From assembly GCA_051294905.1 (NCBI GenBank), contig CM119371.1, forward strand, positions 24,988,001 to 25,052,000: a DNA stretch of 64,000 nucleotides, given 5' to 3'. Under the pieces are notes generated by a model. That model was not told the DNA's origin, did no database searches, and worked only from the letters and a program-made list of their open reading frames with translations. The stretch's first letter is position 1. Each line of letters opens with the position of its first letter. Made by a program: the position numbers and the translations under genes. Shown one piece after another: positions 48,001 through 63,000 of this stretch. The stretch is from Botryllus schlosseri (lineage: Eukaryota).

Positions 48001-51000
48001 TCATTTCGTAGTGACGAAATTTGCAACTGTAAATATTCATAGTTCAAAAATGGTCGAAATTTCAATGTGGCCGACCTACATTGGTTGAATTGAGTCAAAT
48101 TTCGTTTACAAGGATTTTTTAGGTAACGTGACGATTATTTAATTAAGTCGATGAAGTTTGTTGAAAGAAAAGTATTTTTGAACACCAGTAGCGTGCATGG
48201 ACTCATTGTTATAGTGTTTAAATGCAATACAGTACACGAGACCAGTTTTGAAAGATATTGCCATAAATATAACTTTATAACTTTATATCTAAGCAATAAC
48301 GAAGGTTATTAATATCAGTGTGTACCGAATCAGATAAATGTTTTGACAGTGATGGGTCGGATGAGCCACAGTATGCGACGACTAATGATGACAACGTAAC
48401 GCTGTGTAGAGGAAAATCTATAGCCCGAGCGGCGCTCTGTATTCTGCCCCAGTACTTGGACCATGACAGAAGCAGATTGTGCAGAAGCAGTAAGTACGGC
48501 GTGTTCGTAAGTAATCACTGAGCGACTGGACAACAAACTATAGCCTCCATATTGCTTAGGTCATCCCCGCAGTATTAATAGGTTTGACGAGAAGATACAT
48601 ACTTAAAATGCCCATATCCATAGAGCCGCAGCAAAATTTCTAACACCATAGCTCATCTAGATTGCTATTGGTTCATCAAGGTGCTTCATCAATTAGCTAC
48701 AATTTCCTTATTAGTACAGTAGTCCACTGCATCACTTTACATGCAATTTTATCACCATACACAACATCTGAATGAAAATGGTGAATAGCGTGAAGTACGG
48801 CCCCGTTAAAAAAATTGTACATTCAGTCGGTAAAGTACCATCTTACCTGTGAACAAGTTTTAAACGTACTGTTCCCGACAAAGACAACGCATCGCTACAG
48901 AGCATATAGCTATGGTCTGCGTACCCTACGTTACTATTAAGAACAGTGCTTTTCAATCCTTTCAGCATCATCCACACATTTGTTTGCAAAACGAATTATA
49001 TTCGCACAAACCAACTGAAAATCGTCATATGAAAAGAAAAGGAAGAAACCTAACAATATTCTATTCAGATATGCAAATAAATAGGCTACTGCAGCTCAGG
49101 CCGTCGAATGTCTCATTAAAAAATCTTATTATTTGATAATTCCTTTTTTGCAATTCAAAGACATCGGGCTAAAGAAGGGGTGGGCAAACATTTTAGCTCG
49201 CGGGCAACATTTAACATCCTAATCCATTCGCGGGCCGCACTATATAAATTTTGGGTTTTACACCAAAACGCAATATTGGTCTTTGACTATATAGTGAAGA
49301 TATGGTTATGATATATATGGTTATTTAAAACCTAAAAACCAGTGATTTGATTTTATGGTACACTCGTCAGAAACGTTGGCGAGATTTCTTAGGTTGGTCA
49401 AACTCAATAACTAATTTTATTAAGTAGGGATGAAAGTCGGTTGTCCCGATTCTTGAAACAGGGTGGAGATTTGAATCTGTGAGCAGTTTTTTGTTTATAG
49501 ATTGGTTGATTCCACTTTTGGTTCAACTCCAGGATATACAATGATGACAGTGTTATAACCATGTTAGCTTGAAATACGCTAGTAATATCTATTTTTTATG
49601 AATATAAATGCCTCTGCACATACGGAGAACGAACCCTCCTAGCACACGCGCGAATTAGTTTTTCCAACTGCAGCACGAAAAGTAATAAACTTGTTGGAGG
49701 GCCGATGTAAAATCACACTCCGAAAGTAATTTTCGTTTTTACTTTCTGAGATGTGGAACCTCGAGGTCGGGCTATAGTGTAAGCAATGAAATATAAATAT
49801 ACCGTATTAAGAGTATAACATAAAATTATCGAGTTGAAATATGATAAGAAAAAGTTTTATCGCGTACTGAAGTAATTAGTAATACGAATTCTATCAATAT
49901 TTTAATACGTATCTTGAGCCATTCGCGGGCCGCACAAAATCGGTGTTGCGGACCGCACGAGGCCCGCGGGCCGTAGTTTGTCCAGCCCTGTGCTGGAGTA
50001 ATCAGGCAACCTCCTTACTAAAAAAAAACTCGAGACATGACATGTTTTTGCTAACTGTACCTCATTGCGAACAATTCTAGTTTCTGAGGGGATTTTGCAA
50101 GTCACCGAATATTTGTGAAATTGAACAGTATATTGCGATTTTTCAGATATTATAACTTTCCAGATAGCAGTACCACAAAAGCAAGCTCACAGAGCTATAG
50201 CTTGCAATGGAGATGACTAGCGTTTATCTCAATAGTCGCAAACACGTGGCGCGCCCGAACGTTTCGTGCGGCCCGCGTCTACATGCTAGATTTTCAAGTA
50301 TTTGACTATGTTTAGATGGCAGATATTTTATATTTAAAATCTATATTTTGCCAGTCCACAATTTACTTCAAAAGACTGAAAACACGCACCCAACTTCACT
50401 ATCGTATCACTTCCAAATGTCACCATGCGGCGAAAGATCTTCTATCCAGACATGGGGTAATCGGGATTAGTAATCGTAATCGATTACGACGATTACAGCA
50501 TTTCCAAGTAATCGTAATCGCAATCGATTACATTCCAAAAATCCCGAAGTAATCGTAATCGTAATCGACTACTTCACATATCTAATCGATTTCTTTGTGA
50601 AATAACGATTACTTTTCATTTGTGCAATGCCCATGTCACAAACTGAACATTCGTGAGCAATGAAGAGTGCGATTTAAAACAGGTTTTGGATAGCAGAAAT
50701 GCCGGATTGTCAAACGCCTCTGCTAATTATTGCGTCACAAGTATTGGTTCTTCATTGCGTAACGAATTACCCGCACATAGTAAATAGATATTCGAGATAC
50801 ATGTAGTACTGTGATTGTAAGAACACCCGCTATGCATTATGTCAGGTTATCAATACGCTGCAGACGCCACTACCTCGCAACAGAATAATAATCACCACTC
50901 TGCGTAGTTTCGAATAGTAACGTATGTAGGCCTACTATGTATTGATGTTTTGTTATGCTTTTAGGTAAACGCAGTTTGACCATTGCTGATTGGCGAGCGG

Positions 51001-54000
51001 TAGGCCTATCTACGTATCCACCGGGCAAAGATTTGAATTTTTTTACCCGTCAAATTAAACATGACAATTTCTACATCGAAGAATTAAAAACCAACGGCTG
51101 CTGATAAAAAATAATAACTGAGCCGTTATTCTCCGTTACTCGTAAAACGGCAGCTCGGAATATCTGTATTAAGTGGATTGTAGCCAGAAGTCTATGTTTA
51201 CATCATCATATTCTCATCCAGCCCTTCAAACGGGCAACAATTTCTATTTCGCAATTTTATACTCAACATTTGGATCTGTCACTATAGCCATTCGCTTACA
51301 CCCCATGTTAGCGTGGATTGCAGCTAGAATCAGTATTCAAATAGCATTTCGTCACCCCCCTTCTCAAAAATGGTGATCTTTGGCCCCCCATCAGGCGAAG
51401 TTCCTCAGACCCCCCCTCCCATAAACGACCGGGCTTTTTCACAAGAACTGAAAAACCCGATTTGATGAGATATGGATTCGCTGTGTATTTGCTGTCAAGT
51501 CGCGCCAAGACGAATATTTAGGCACGTAATTTACAACCATAACTACTGTATTGTATGTTGTTGATTCATGACCTCCTTTCTGCTATATAGTAAAAATATA
51601 TTGAAATCGCCTTAACGTAGCAGACGATAAGAAAACTAAACGAGAAACTTTCGTGAGTCGCACCCAGAAATTGTCATTTCTATACGGGGTTCATCATTTT
51701 CCTCAGTGCGTGCCCCGGGTCGCATTTGTATTGTGGTGCTGAGATTGAGAATACTATTCGTCGCGACCATCCCGCGCTGCTATGGACAATGGAAAAATAC
51801 ACAATGTTATGGCTAAGGTAGCATGTCTTGGTGTGTCCCGGCGCGGTATTGGCTGGCACCGAAATGCCTATATCTGTAAATCATGCAATGGTATAATATG
51901 TCGTATACAGGAAATGACGCTATGATATCTCATATAAAAAGAAAGACCGGGGCCTGTCGTAGGCCCCGGAAAGAACTTCTCTCATGAGGCCTTTTCATCG
52001 CATTGTTGTCTTCCGAAGATAACTTCTAAGAAGCAAAATAAATGTAATCGTGAGTAATCGTGATTACTTTCCCAAAGTAATCGTAATCGTAATCGACTAC
52101 TTGCGGATTTTGCTGTAATCGTAATCGTAATCGTAATCGCGTGATTCAGAATTATTCGTAATCGCAATCGATTACATTCATGAAGTAATCACCCCATGTC
52201 TGCTTCTATCACGTCATTTTGCCTATTCATGTTGGTACAACATGACCCGTATATGATCCCTGAGTTGAAAATGTGATTTGGACGTGAGCGCAGGGTTGTA
52301 ACCAAGTCACATGGCTCCGAGTCACAAGTCAATCTCACGTTTATAGTTTTGACTCGAGTGAAGTCGAGTCATTTTCAATTCAACCCTGAGTCAAGTCCGA
52401 GTCGTGGTGTTATGACTCAGGTCCGAGTCCAAGTCATTGTGTTGACTGCTCAGTTTCCCATTGAAGTCTTGTTAAACCCATTTTTTATGACTCTGTTTGG
52501 TTATATCGAATGGTTCGCATTTAAAGTATTCTCATTTTCTACACTTTTAGCAGTGTTTGGTCGTATTATCAAGAACCAGTCCTAAAATCCGAAATCCGAA
52601 AAGTGTGGTTACTTTACTTCTCTTCGGAATTACAATGAAATGTCGGTCTTGGCCGCCTGAGTCTTGAGTCATATGACTTGATCGAGTCATTGGCAATGAC
52701 TCAAGTCCAAGTCGAGTCACTACATAGATTGACTCGAGTTAAATCGAGTCATTTCAGTATTTTTAGAAAATGACTCGAGTCAAGTCGAGCCATCAGAAAA
52801 TCGTGACTCGAGTCGACCTCGAATATACGATTGGCTTGTCAAATGTGCATAATATAGCTGCAAAATATACGATATGATATAATTTGGCTTACATAATTCA
52901 TTTTTCTCTCGCATGATATCTATATCTCATAATATACAGAAATCATGCGTACTCTCTACCAGTTAAAACACCAATTTTATTCAAATATTCAAATATGTGA
53001 TTTTCTCCATGCCAGGCGTGAATTGGTACAATAGTAAATCCAGCGTTCACGGTGTGCGTGGAATGCCGATCTGCAAGGACCCGTCATACAAGGCTTACTT
53101 GGAAAAACGTTGAATACACATATTTTTAATCGGCGGCCTGCGGCGTCATCGAAAACTAGGAAATTTTCCCACGAGCACATTTGAGTTTGCAACCCGTGGT
53201 TTATCTGTTAACAATAGTAACATGAGTGGCGGTAATTTACGATAAATATTTCTCCAGGTACAGGGTGCACGGAAAAAGAATTCGCATGCCACGACGGATC
53301 ATTTTGTCTTCGTGGTGATTTTTTTTGCGATGGAAGAGCACAATGTCGGTGAGTTTACCAACATAACAAGGTTAGAGGTATCTATTGGCATTGTATCGCG
53401 TTGATTCCGTTCCATGACACCTACATGGTTGAGTCAGTATAAAGCAAACGTATAGCATTTTTTGTTAATATTATTAATAGTTAATGTTAATATTAAATAC
53501 ATGGCAATAAACACTGGTATTTCGAATGAACAGCGTTCCCATTCTAAACCTAATTACATTCCCTCCGTCACGAGACGCCCGAGCACTGTTTAACTGATTG
53601 CGAAAGCTTTTCGACCCACAGCGATCACATGAAGATGACATTGGCGAATCTAGGCATACCGATTCAGCTCATAAAAATGTCATCCGATCCATGGATTGTA
53701 CTACTAGTAACTAGGGAGGGTGTGAACCTCTGAAAGGTTCAGGTTCGTGTGAAGGCGAACCTTTTTGAAAGGTGAACCTCACGTGAACCTCATTACGTCA
53801 CGTGACGTCATATTGCTAATTCCAACCTTTCATTTCAGTGAAGTGATAGCTTATATTAATGTACCACGATACCTAACGACGACTAGGGCCACATAATGCC
53901 ACCATGCTGAAGTCCTATTGAATTTATCAAATGTATATTAACTGGGGCAATCAAATGATATAATAATCCCATAAAATCAATATCTTTCTTCGCTTTGCCA

Positions 54001-57000
54001 ACAATTTCAACGAGGACTTGCGACGGAATATAAGCTTACGCCTCAGCGGTCTATAGGCCAGACCGGACAGTTTTCGGCGTCTGAGTATTGCTTTGTAAAT
54101 ATTGAGCATTGTAAACCGGGTTTCTATACTTGCTACCGATATTACCCCATCAACAAGTTATGCAACAGTAGCCAACAACCCTATCACACGGATGTGGTTT
54201 TCATGATACAATAAACATTTGAAATCGAGATTGACCCCGTACGCTTACTACATTCTTTACATCAGACAAAGATATCGATATCATTGATTGGTTGAATAAG
54301 CATCACTACCTACGTGTAGTGTATTTGGCTTTTGAAGTTGTGTGATTGTGGGACAAGCTCACAGCAGAGAGTCTTTAAATAATCACAAACTGAAAACTGG
54401 ATATTTCGAGCAAACTTTTGTAACAAAGCAAGTAACATTTTTGAGATTGTCAAATTGCATGCTCGTTTAGTGTTGATTTTTCTTAGGCTGCCAGCGCCAT
54501 TGACAGAGTAGCACGCAGTTGAAATGCAATATATTGCTACCTAAGATGTTATAATAATATGAAAATTGTAATATATGAAAAAGGTTCACAGTGCAGAACC
54601 TACCAAGGTTCGTTTGTGAACGTGAACCTACAAATTTCTGAGGTTCACGCACGGAACGCGAACGCGAACCTCACGTTCACACCATCCCTACTAGTAACTA
54701 AATTCGCTATCGTCACCGGCAGGCAGTTTTGACGCTAATGGATTTATCAGGGTCTTCAGACCTGGTGTGAAAGGCCATAGTAGCCAAACACCATATAATA
54801 CAATAATGACAACAACAATAACAACATTCCCCGCGTAAGACATGGCACACGATGTACAATGATAACGGTCAAAATTCGGCTTCTGGGGGCACTTATTCTC
54901 TGTAGTCGGTGATGGCCAAGAGGAGCGTGTCCTCGCGGGTGTATGTGTTAAACTATCCAAATTGCGCGAGACAGTCTCAGCGAAATCGACCAAGCCCCAA
55001 TAAAGCGCAACTGTTGATCGGTGTATTCTGTTCAGTGATGGAACCGACGATATGAAAACATTACCAGATGGTAACACCCAGTATCGATCTTGTCCGGGGA
55101 AATATCCATATGATAATACAGTGGGTCAATGCTTGCTAAGGGAAGAATACTTTTGTGACGGGGAAGGATTATGCGAACAGGGTAAGACTTATACCGATGT
55201 GAGTGCTACGAACATCGAGTAAGACTTTAGAAATCAACATATGACATTGAATAATTTGACTTCTAAAATGTTCAACAACTGCTCACAGAACTTTCATGCT
55301 TTCGGGCGATAATGATAATTCTCATCGGAAATCATATGAAAGCAGAGATCAGACATGGGGTGATTGCTTCACGAATGCAATCGATTACGATTACGATTAC
55401 AATGACAGTCAAATCAAGAAGTAGTCGATTATGATTACGATTACTTTTCAAAAGTAATCACGATTACCCACGATTATATTTGTTTTGCGTCTTAGAACTA
55501 ATTTCAGAAGAGATATTCGAAGACAATATAAATAAGGCTTGCGATGAAAAGGTTTAATGAGATAGCAACTTTCTTTATAAATCATACGTCATTTGCTTGT
55601 TACGTCATAATGCGCCGATGGCCCACCTCTTTGCAGGACTATTCGTAGCACTCAACGATTTGCATTCTTGCCAGCTCCGTAACTGCCACACCCCAAACTC
55701 CCCAATAGGACCGGCAGAGAGCTCTAAGGGGACTCAAAAGTATTACGTAAATCCACATATTTTTCAGAGTTAATTAACTTCAAAAAAATTTTCGAGCTTC
55801 GGGATTTAATGTCTCTAAATAGCTTGATTTTGAAATTCATACCTCTCCCCCTCAAGAAAAAAAGCATGCATAATATTTCGTAAATCAGTTTATAACAAGT
55901 TTATAACAAAGAAGAGGCATGAGTACTAGTAATGTTATTGCGCTATTACTTTACCTAGCGGTATGCATCCTGCTGGTGCGAGACAACCAGACGCACATGT
56001 ATTTAGTATAGGCAGTATTGTGTAGTCTTAACTATGTGGGATGAATATAGATAAAGGTGTGCAGGGTCTACACGCACAATCGTTCATGCCATTCGCAAAC
56101 ATTTGAGAATCGTGTTCTGATATCGAAGACTGATTATCGTCCTTTCATGTTAACAGATATGGACGAATGCTCATGCGGGAACGACAACCAAGGTAATAAG
56201 CAAAATGGAAGAATACTCTTTACTATAAGTGTTAATATTTTTATCAATGGCACTAAAAAGCGGTAAAGTTCACTGGCCAAGAATACTCTTAAGTATTCAA
56301 GCTGGCTCAGGCTCGGGAGGATAAATCAAGGACGATCCTTCCTTCGAGCGGGATTCGCGTGCCATAATTACTCTAGGGCAGTGGTCGGGAACCTTCTTCG
56401 ACGGAAGAACCATATTGGCCCAATGTTTTCAATTGTAACTCCCAAAGAGCCATATATGCCAATCAACTGTTACGTCACAATTGAAAAACAGTCACGCATT
56501 GGTGTCACTATATATATATGAAATTCGTAGTGTGAGCCATATTTTTCTGTCCGTATGATTAGGTGGAGCCAAACATGGTCAATACAACAGTACCTACCCA
56601 CCGCGTGATACGTCAGTGACGTGGGGCTAGGGGAGCCAAGGATGTAGTGTCTCAGATATCGTCAGGGATGAGTGAGGGGAAATCGTGAACCCTTCAATGG
56701 TTATTGGTATCTTCTACCAATGTATTTGAATGAATAGATTTCGAACATTTACATTCCCAATATCACGGAATTTTCATTTTTATTGTTCGAAAATAAAGCG
56801 CGAAAGGAGAGGTGAGACTCAGCTGAGGCATTGACGGGCCAAGCCTCACCTGCGACAGCGCAACTCATCGTAAATACCTTAGAATTTACTATCACCGACA
56901 TTATTCAGCTTTAATTGTCGGGCTGAGTCTGGAAATATAAGTATTAATCGACTCCTAAAATATTCGGCGTAACGTAACGTTGCGTTACGTTACACACCTA

Positions 57001-60000
57001 CATTTTTACGGTGGTGATAGAAAGCTAATAGCCAGTCAAGAAAATGATTGGGTATGGCGTTATTTTAATATAAATTTGTAATTGTGAATATCACTTTTAC
57101 TTCATTTATTTGTGTAGATAAAGAATACATTGTGAATTTGAAAACTACAATATCCTACAAGTGTCACCATGTCTGCTATTCTTATTCGTCAATTGGGGTA
57201 TCGTGCAATCCACTATTTCTAGGCGCGCTAGGGTTGATTGATTGAATTCGCGGGTGATATTAGTCGTCGGTACGACAGCAACCCAAATTTGGGGATTTTT
57301 AAAAGAGGATGGTACAAGCCATATCCCTCGACACCCTTCTGCCTTGTCGTTTGAAATAAATATTTGTGCTTCTACGGGAATAATTACATTCGCGGTCATG
57401 AAAATTTACCAACAAGTTGCTGCAATATTGCTAAATTAATTACAAAATTGAAAATTTCTTAAAGAGCCATATCTTATACCGAAAAGAGCCATAGGTTCCC
57501 GACCACCGCTTCTGGGGCATAGAGGGCGGCATTGAACAACATGCGCCTACATTTATCATACCCTCTTCCGGGGTGGAGCAATACGAACGATCCTTTATTT
57601 GAGCATGATGCACGTGTACTATAAATCTGAGGATATGCAGCAGGTTTCTTGATTTATTAGAACACGGGCATAACGTTATATGCTTTAGAAAACGTGTTAG
57701 GTTCCCTCATATGCGGGGACTAACACGGAGAGCGAGCTCACCAACATGTCTTCGTGTCAATGTACTACTGTGTATGAAATATCCTTACAGAACATCTTGA
57801 CAAAATTTGTTTTCGCTGCTTTAAAAATTCCACGACCTACATCCCAATCTCCAAGTTGTGCGATGGAGCAGTGGATTGTCCGGATTTAACCGACGAATGC
57901 CTTTGCCAGTCGACAAACCGTCCTAAGATCTGTGACAGACTTATATGGGGTACGAATATGCTTCTCTTTGAGTATAAAAACACGTTCCACTTCTTTACAC
58001 ATGTATAAAATCACAGAACAAGAAGAGCCGTTTCTTCGGTGCAAGGGATCAAGCATTTCGAATAGGATTGATGTAGAAAAAGAACAAATCTGTGGCGTGA
58101 CGTAAGCAAGAAATGTCATCTATTGCAGTGTGAAGAAACCAAATTAGGCTCTTTTTCTTATATATATCCTTATTGCAGTAGTTCCCAACCTGTGGTACGC
58201 GTATCACTAGTGGTAGGCCTACGCGAAGGTCTTCATACCTAAACAAATTCCGCATTCATATATTTGACCACAATAATTCCAAATTGATCCACTACAGAAA
58301 TCATATACTGCGCTTTAAAATGGGCAGTTTATTTTCTTTTTCGCTGCCCTAGGCAGCTCAACACGGTGGAAGCATATATGGCCGCCTTGAAATCGTTCGT
58401 GCGGGGAAAAAGTTTGTGACCCACTGATATATTGTTATCCCCGACATGTAGGCCTACTTAATGTCGATACCCGTATTGTTATAAGCTTGTATAAATATTA
58501 CCAAACAAACATCGATTAGCATATATAAAGTCGTTAAAAAGATTTGATCACTGAACTTACGGTTGTACACTTATCTGTATGTTACTTTCTACCAGTCTAA
58601 CGGATACGATTTTGTCAAGGGAGGCATATTACTATTATCAAATTTAGTGGTAGACTAATTTTTTCGATTACAGTGCAAACTGCAGCTATGAAGAAAATGT
58701 GAAGCATTGTCAAAAAACCGGTAGGTAACCATTATTTATTTATTTTTATTATTTTAGTACGCATTATTGAACAATGATCATTAGGGCATTTCTTTGTACA
58801 AAAAGTCAGAATTAGGTCGAAACTGTCGCATTCGGTCAAAAAATGTCAAAATTATACACTAAGTGAGATATTTTTAAACCTGCATTCTGATAGTATCGTG
58901 GATATTGCACTGTCGGGGAGCTTATCATTTGACATTCTACAGCTTGTAGCCTACTTTATAGGCTTACCGTTGTAGACGGCCCATTGTCTGCTCATCGTGA
59001 ATCATAAAAATTCACATAAAACAAATAGGTTGACATGATGTTATGATCAACGCACCGCAATATCCTGAATGAAGCAAGCTGCGTGGGCATTGCATGGTTC
59101 TTATATACAGAAGCGCAATATGAGAAAAATTGTGATGTATACACTATTGTCAGAATGAAGCGACACAGTGTGTCACTATAGCAGTGTACGCACTCACAAC
59201 TTCAGTGTTGTCAGCCAACAACTGCTGCTGTTGAACGTTCTTTCTCCATTCTTGGCAAGCTACTTAGTAAGGACAGAGACTTTCTACGCGAGAATGTAGG
59301 AAACTATATCTTTCGTTGTACTGCAACATATTTCAAATATTTCTACCATATGTCGTAATGTAACTACTGAAATTCGTCATAGAGCCAGATTTCGTTGTAA
59401 TCAGATAGGTCAAAATTTGGTCTAAATTAAGTTTTTACAGTCAACAAATGTCAGAATTTTGATTTCATTGGTCAAAATCGTCCGTTTCGTAGGTCTATCA
59501 AAAATTTCCCTTATGAATATATAAGTTTAATCAAGAGTACATTGAACACGTAAGGGGCTCACATGTATCTGAGCTAAGCATATTTATCGGAAGAATAGGA
59601 CGATTCCAAGCGCATTCCGCTAAACTTGTACTGACTCCATCGGGACTTCTAGACCTCGGGGTTGCAGCCCCGGAAATCCAATCTTTGAGAATGGCAAAGC
59701 AGAAAAACACGCTATCAGATCAGTCGAAGCGTCATTTTAAAACGCCAGCAACGTATGGTTGATGTCTGATCACACTATAAAGTGCCGGGTGCATAGAAAT
59801 CAATAAGTTGGTAATTTCTCCTTCCAGAAAAGCTACAAATCACATATAGTCACTTGTTATTGACTGGTGTTCCACGGAACACCGGAGGTTTACCAAGCCA
59901 TTGTCAAGGGGTTCGTCAGGATGTCAAGACACACATAATTTATCCATATGATATGCGATGACACGCCGTTATTGGTTGCGGGCATTGCGCAAAATGAGTA

Positions 60001-63000
60001 TCCAAATTCTGAATGCAATGGTTTCCACTACAAAAATACATGCTTTATTGGATGTTGATGTCCATCAAGATTTTTCTTGCATTTGGAATGAAATGAATAG
60101 GATTCACAAACCATGTATAGGTTTGCAATTCTTGGAAATGCGTATCCATAATTTTGCAGTAATTTCATGCATGGCTTAACTGAATATTCAATTGGTGATA
60201 AAAAATGTGTTAGCTCAGACTAAAAACGAATTCCGTCCCTTTTGATCATTGCACATAATTTTGAAATATCTATCACGTTTTCATTCAGGGTATTCAGCAC
60301 CTTTTTGCGTGTTCACCGATAAACGTAAGTATCGTGCAAATAATGTTTGTCAATGATATCGTCGGCGTTTGTAAATTTTGAAAACTACGTCACTGTTACT
60401 TGAAATGAAATAAATTCACGTAAGCTAACCCGTTAATGTCTTCCATGGTATTGTTCTATACATCAAAAGATCTATTACTTTCATGTTGATCGGTATTGAA
60501 AAGTGCTTTAATCCCCCTAAATATATTTTATTCATTGACATCAGTAGCAATTGAATTATTGATTTCTTTTTGCATTTCCCTCTAGTTGATGCACCGGACT
60601 TGATAGCCTGTGACTATTTGACTGACTCAGAATCCTTTTCCAAATGCATTTCCGATGACAATCATTGTAAAGCCGCATTGGATGAGGCTAAAGTGTAAGT
60701 AGAATGTGTCAGTAAAACTTCTTTGCTATATGTTTCGCAATAACACTATACAGACACCTTTCGCAGGCGATTGAACTTAGAATTACAGGCGCATTGCTCA
60801 TTGCCGCGCCACCGATTGAGAACTCACTGTCTTGGCATAGTTTTGTGATAATACTGAACTCAGTCACGATTAGGGCTGGGCACAATGATTCGAGTACTCG
60901 ATTCTGAATCGAGTAATAATTTTAATGATTCGAGTCGAGTAGTAAAAGACGATATTTTCGAGTAATGAAATTACACGCTCCTCTCCACTGAAAGGTAATT
61001 TATCGACGAGAATTATAGTTTCGATACTATTTTCCACTGTGGAAGCCCTGAAACCTCGATTGGCCGTATCACAACGTACGAAACATAGAGTACAAAGCTA
61101 GGTGCGTTAGTTAAAATAACACATTTTCGAAGCCATGATCATCCCACAACATTGTCACAAAGTGCAACGAAATCGGTATGGTCGAAGAATTACCGAAGTA
61201 TCTTTAATGTGATGGATACCTGGCATTATATTTTCTGTGGTTGCATAAAAGGTGCACATTTGATACTTGACATATTACATTCTGTTATGACGTCATAATG
61301 AGTGATACTCGAATACTCGACTCGACTCGAAGCATTTTACGTGATTCAGAATCGGATCACTCAGGTACTCGATTTTGCCCAGCCCTTGTCACGATGCAAA
61401 ATGCGAGTCTAGTTTTAGGGATTACAGGGCCATAAACACAAAAATGTTTTTAATTCATAATTAGTAGAGTGTCTTTATTTTTCAGAATTAGCGCTAGGAG
61501 AACTAATCTAAAATTGCCGTAAAATTGCCTATGAATTGTGGTGGCCCTACGAATGGGGGCCCTGAGCGAGAATTCCCCTTATAATTATGTAACAACTTAT
61601 TATTTCTGCACTGTATGGAACGTAATTACGTCATGAGTATGACACTATAACATGGGTTTGAGGGGGGTTTAAATATTGAATTGCTCAGCTCCAGAGCCTT
61701 CTTTTATCGTACATTGTCAAATTATAAAAGAAGTGACCCAGTTAACTATATAGCTCATGTCTTCATGTAGAGAATGTGTAGCATGTACCGCGAAATATTA
61801 AAATAGCGATACAACTGCTGCAGGGTAAATAAACCACACTAATCCGGAAAGCTATCGGCTGACATTAGTAATAAGCCAGCACACCACCTCGAGGTTTGAG
61901 CCAGACACTGGAGTAGGCCATATTTATTATTGCATGTGTGCAAGGATAGACTAAATCGAAACTATGTAACTCTACCACATGCAGACACATGATGGTTATC
62001 GGGATATGGACTTTTCTAGCAAATGCAGAGATTTGATGATGGTTGACACATCTGTAGCGAATCATTTTGTTGATTGGTGCACGTATTTCCACATTTATTC
62101 GATATAATCCTTGGAAAAAACGCCTAAACCTAAGAGGTTCTTCGAAAAGGGCACCCCAGGCGACCGTAAACCTCCCCACCTCAAAAGCCATCACTGCCTG
62201 TGACCAAACGACAAGTGTGAGCTAACGCAAACGCAGTAAGCCGGCCGATGGTACTGCTTCCACACCATTTACGACAGTACTATGGTGATATTTATTTGAC
62301 TTTGTAGCGCAAATCGTCCGTCGAATTCGAATTTAATCGGATGAATTCGATTGAATTAACTGTAGCGGGGATTTCATACTAGAACCAACTAACATGTTTA
62401 CAATTGAGTTGAGTGCCCGGCTTTCTATTATCTATTTGATAAGATGCTAGCAGCAATGACTTTCAATGGTGAAAAAAATGCTGTTACAACGCTGATAAAT
62501 ATGTATTCTCATGATCTTAAATTCTTGTCACCTCCATGTCGACTCGGAAAATGCCAACAATATTTGATATATGTATTAGATTTGCTAATCACCTGAATAC
62601 ATTGGTAACAGTGTAACTCATTTCACACATATTCAATAATAGCGTATATAGCTTTACACTTGCTGGTGCTCTGTAACTCCAAAATGGACAGGCAGCACGA
62701 TTATTAGATTAGAAGTCATGTTTTCTCTTATGTTCGTAAGAATGTGACAAGCGTTGATAGACCTGCATGAGTATTAGATCATAGATATTTACGTCCTAAA
62801 ATACGGGATATCCGAGCTTTCAATAAAATATGTGTTGCAGTAAATGATAATGCACAAATTGCAATTTACCATAGGTACCCACGTCCACCAGCCATGAATT
62901 CATCGCTGCGATTCAGGACTTGCTCTGTGGATTATGACCCAGCAAAACAGAGTGGATCATGTTTAGTCGAGTAAGTGCTAGCTCTATTTGGATACTGAAT

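Noticed and set aside
50455..52190. GTAATC and GACTCGAGTC arrays as CRISPR-like or telomeric repeats
   Set aside because: They are short irregular motifs confined to the ends of TIR/TSD-bounded elements, with no repeat-spacer periodicity and no cas genes. The context is eukaryotic.
61770..62220. Additional LDLa-gene exons
   Set aside because: Candidate open frames exist, but I could not find a phase-consistent path; left unresolved.
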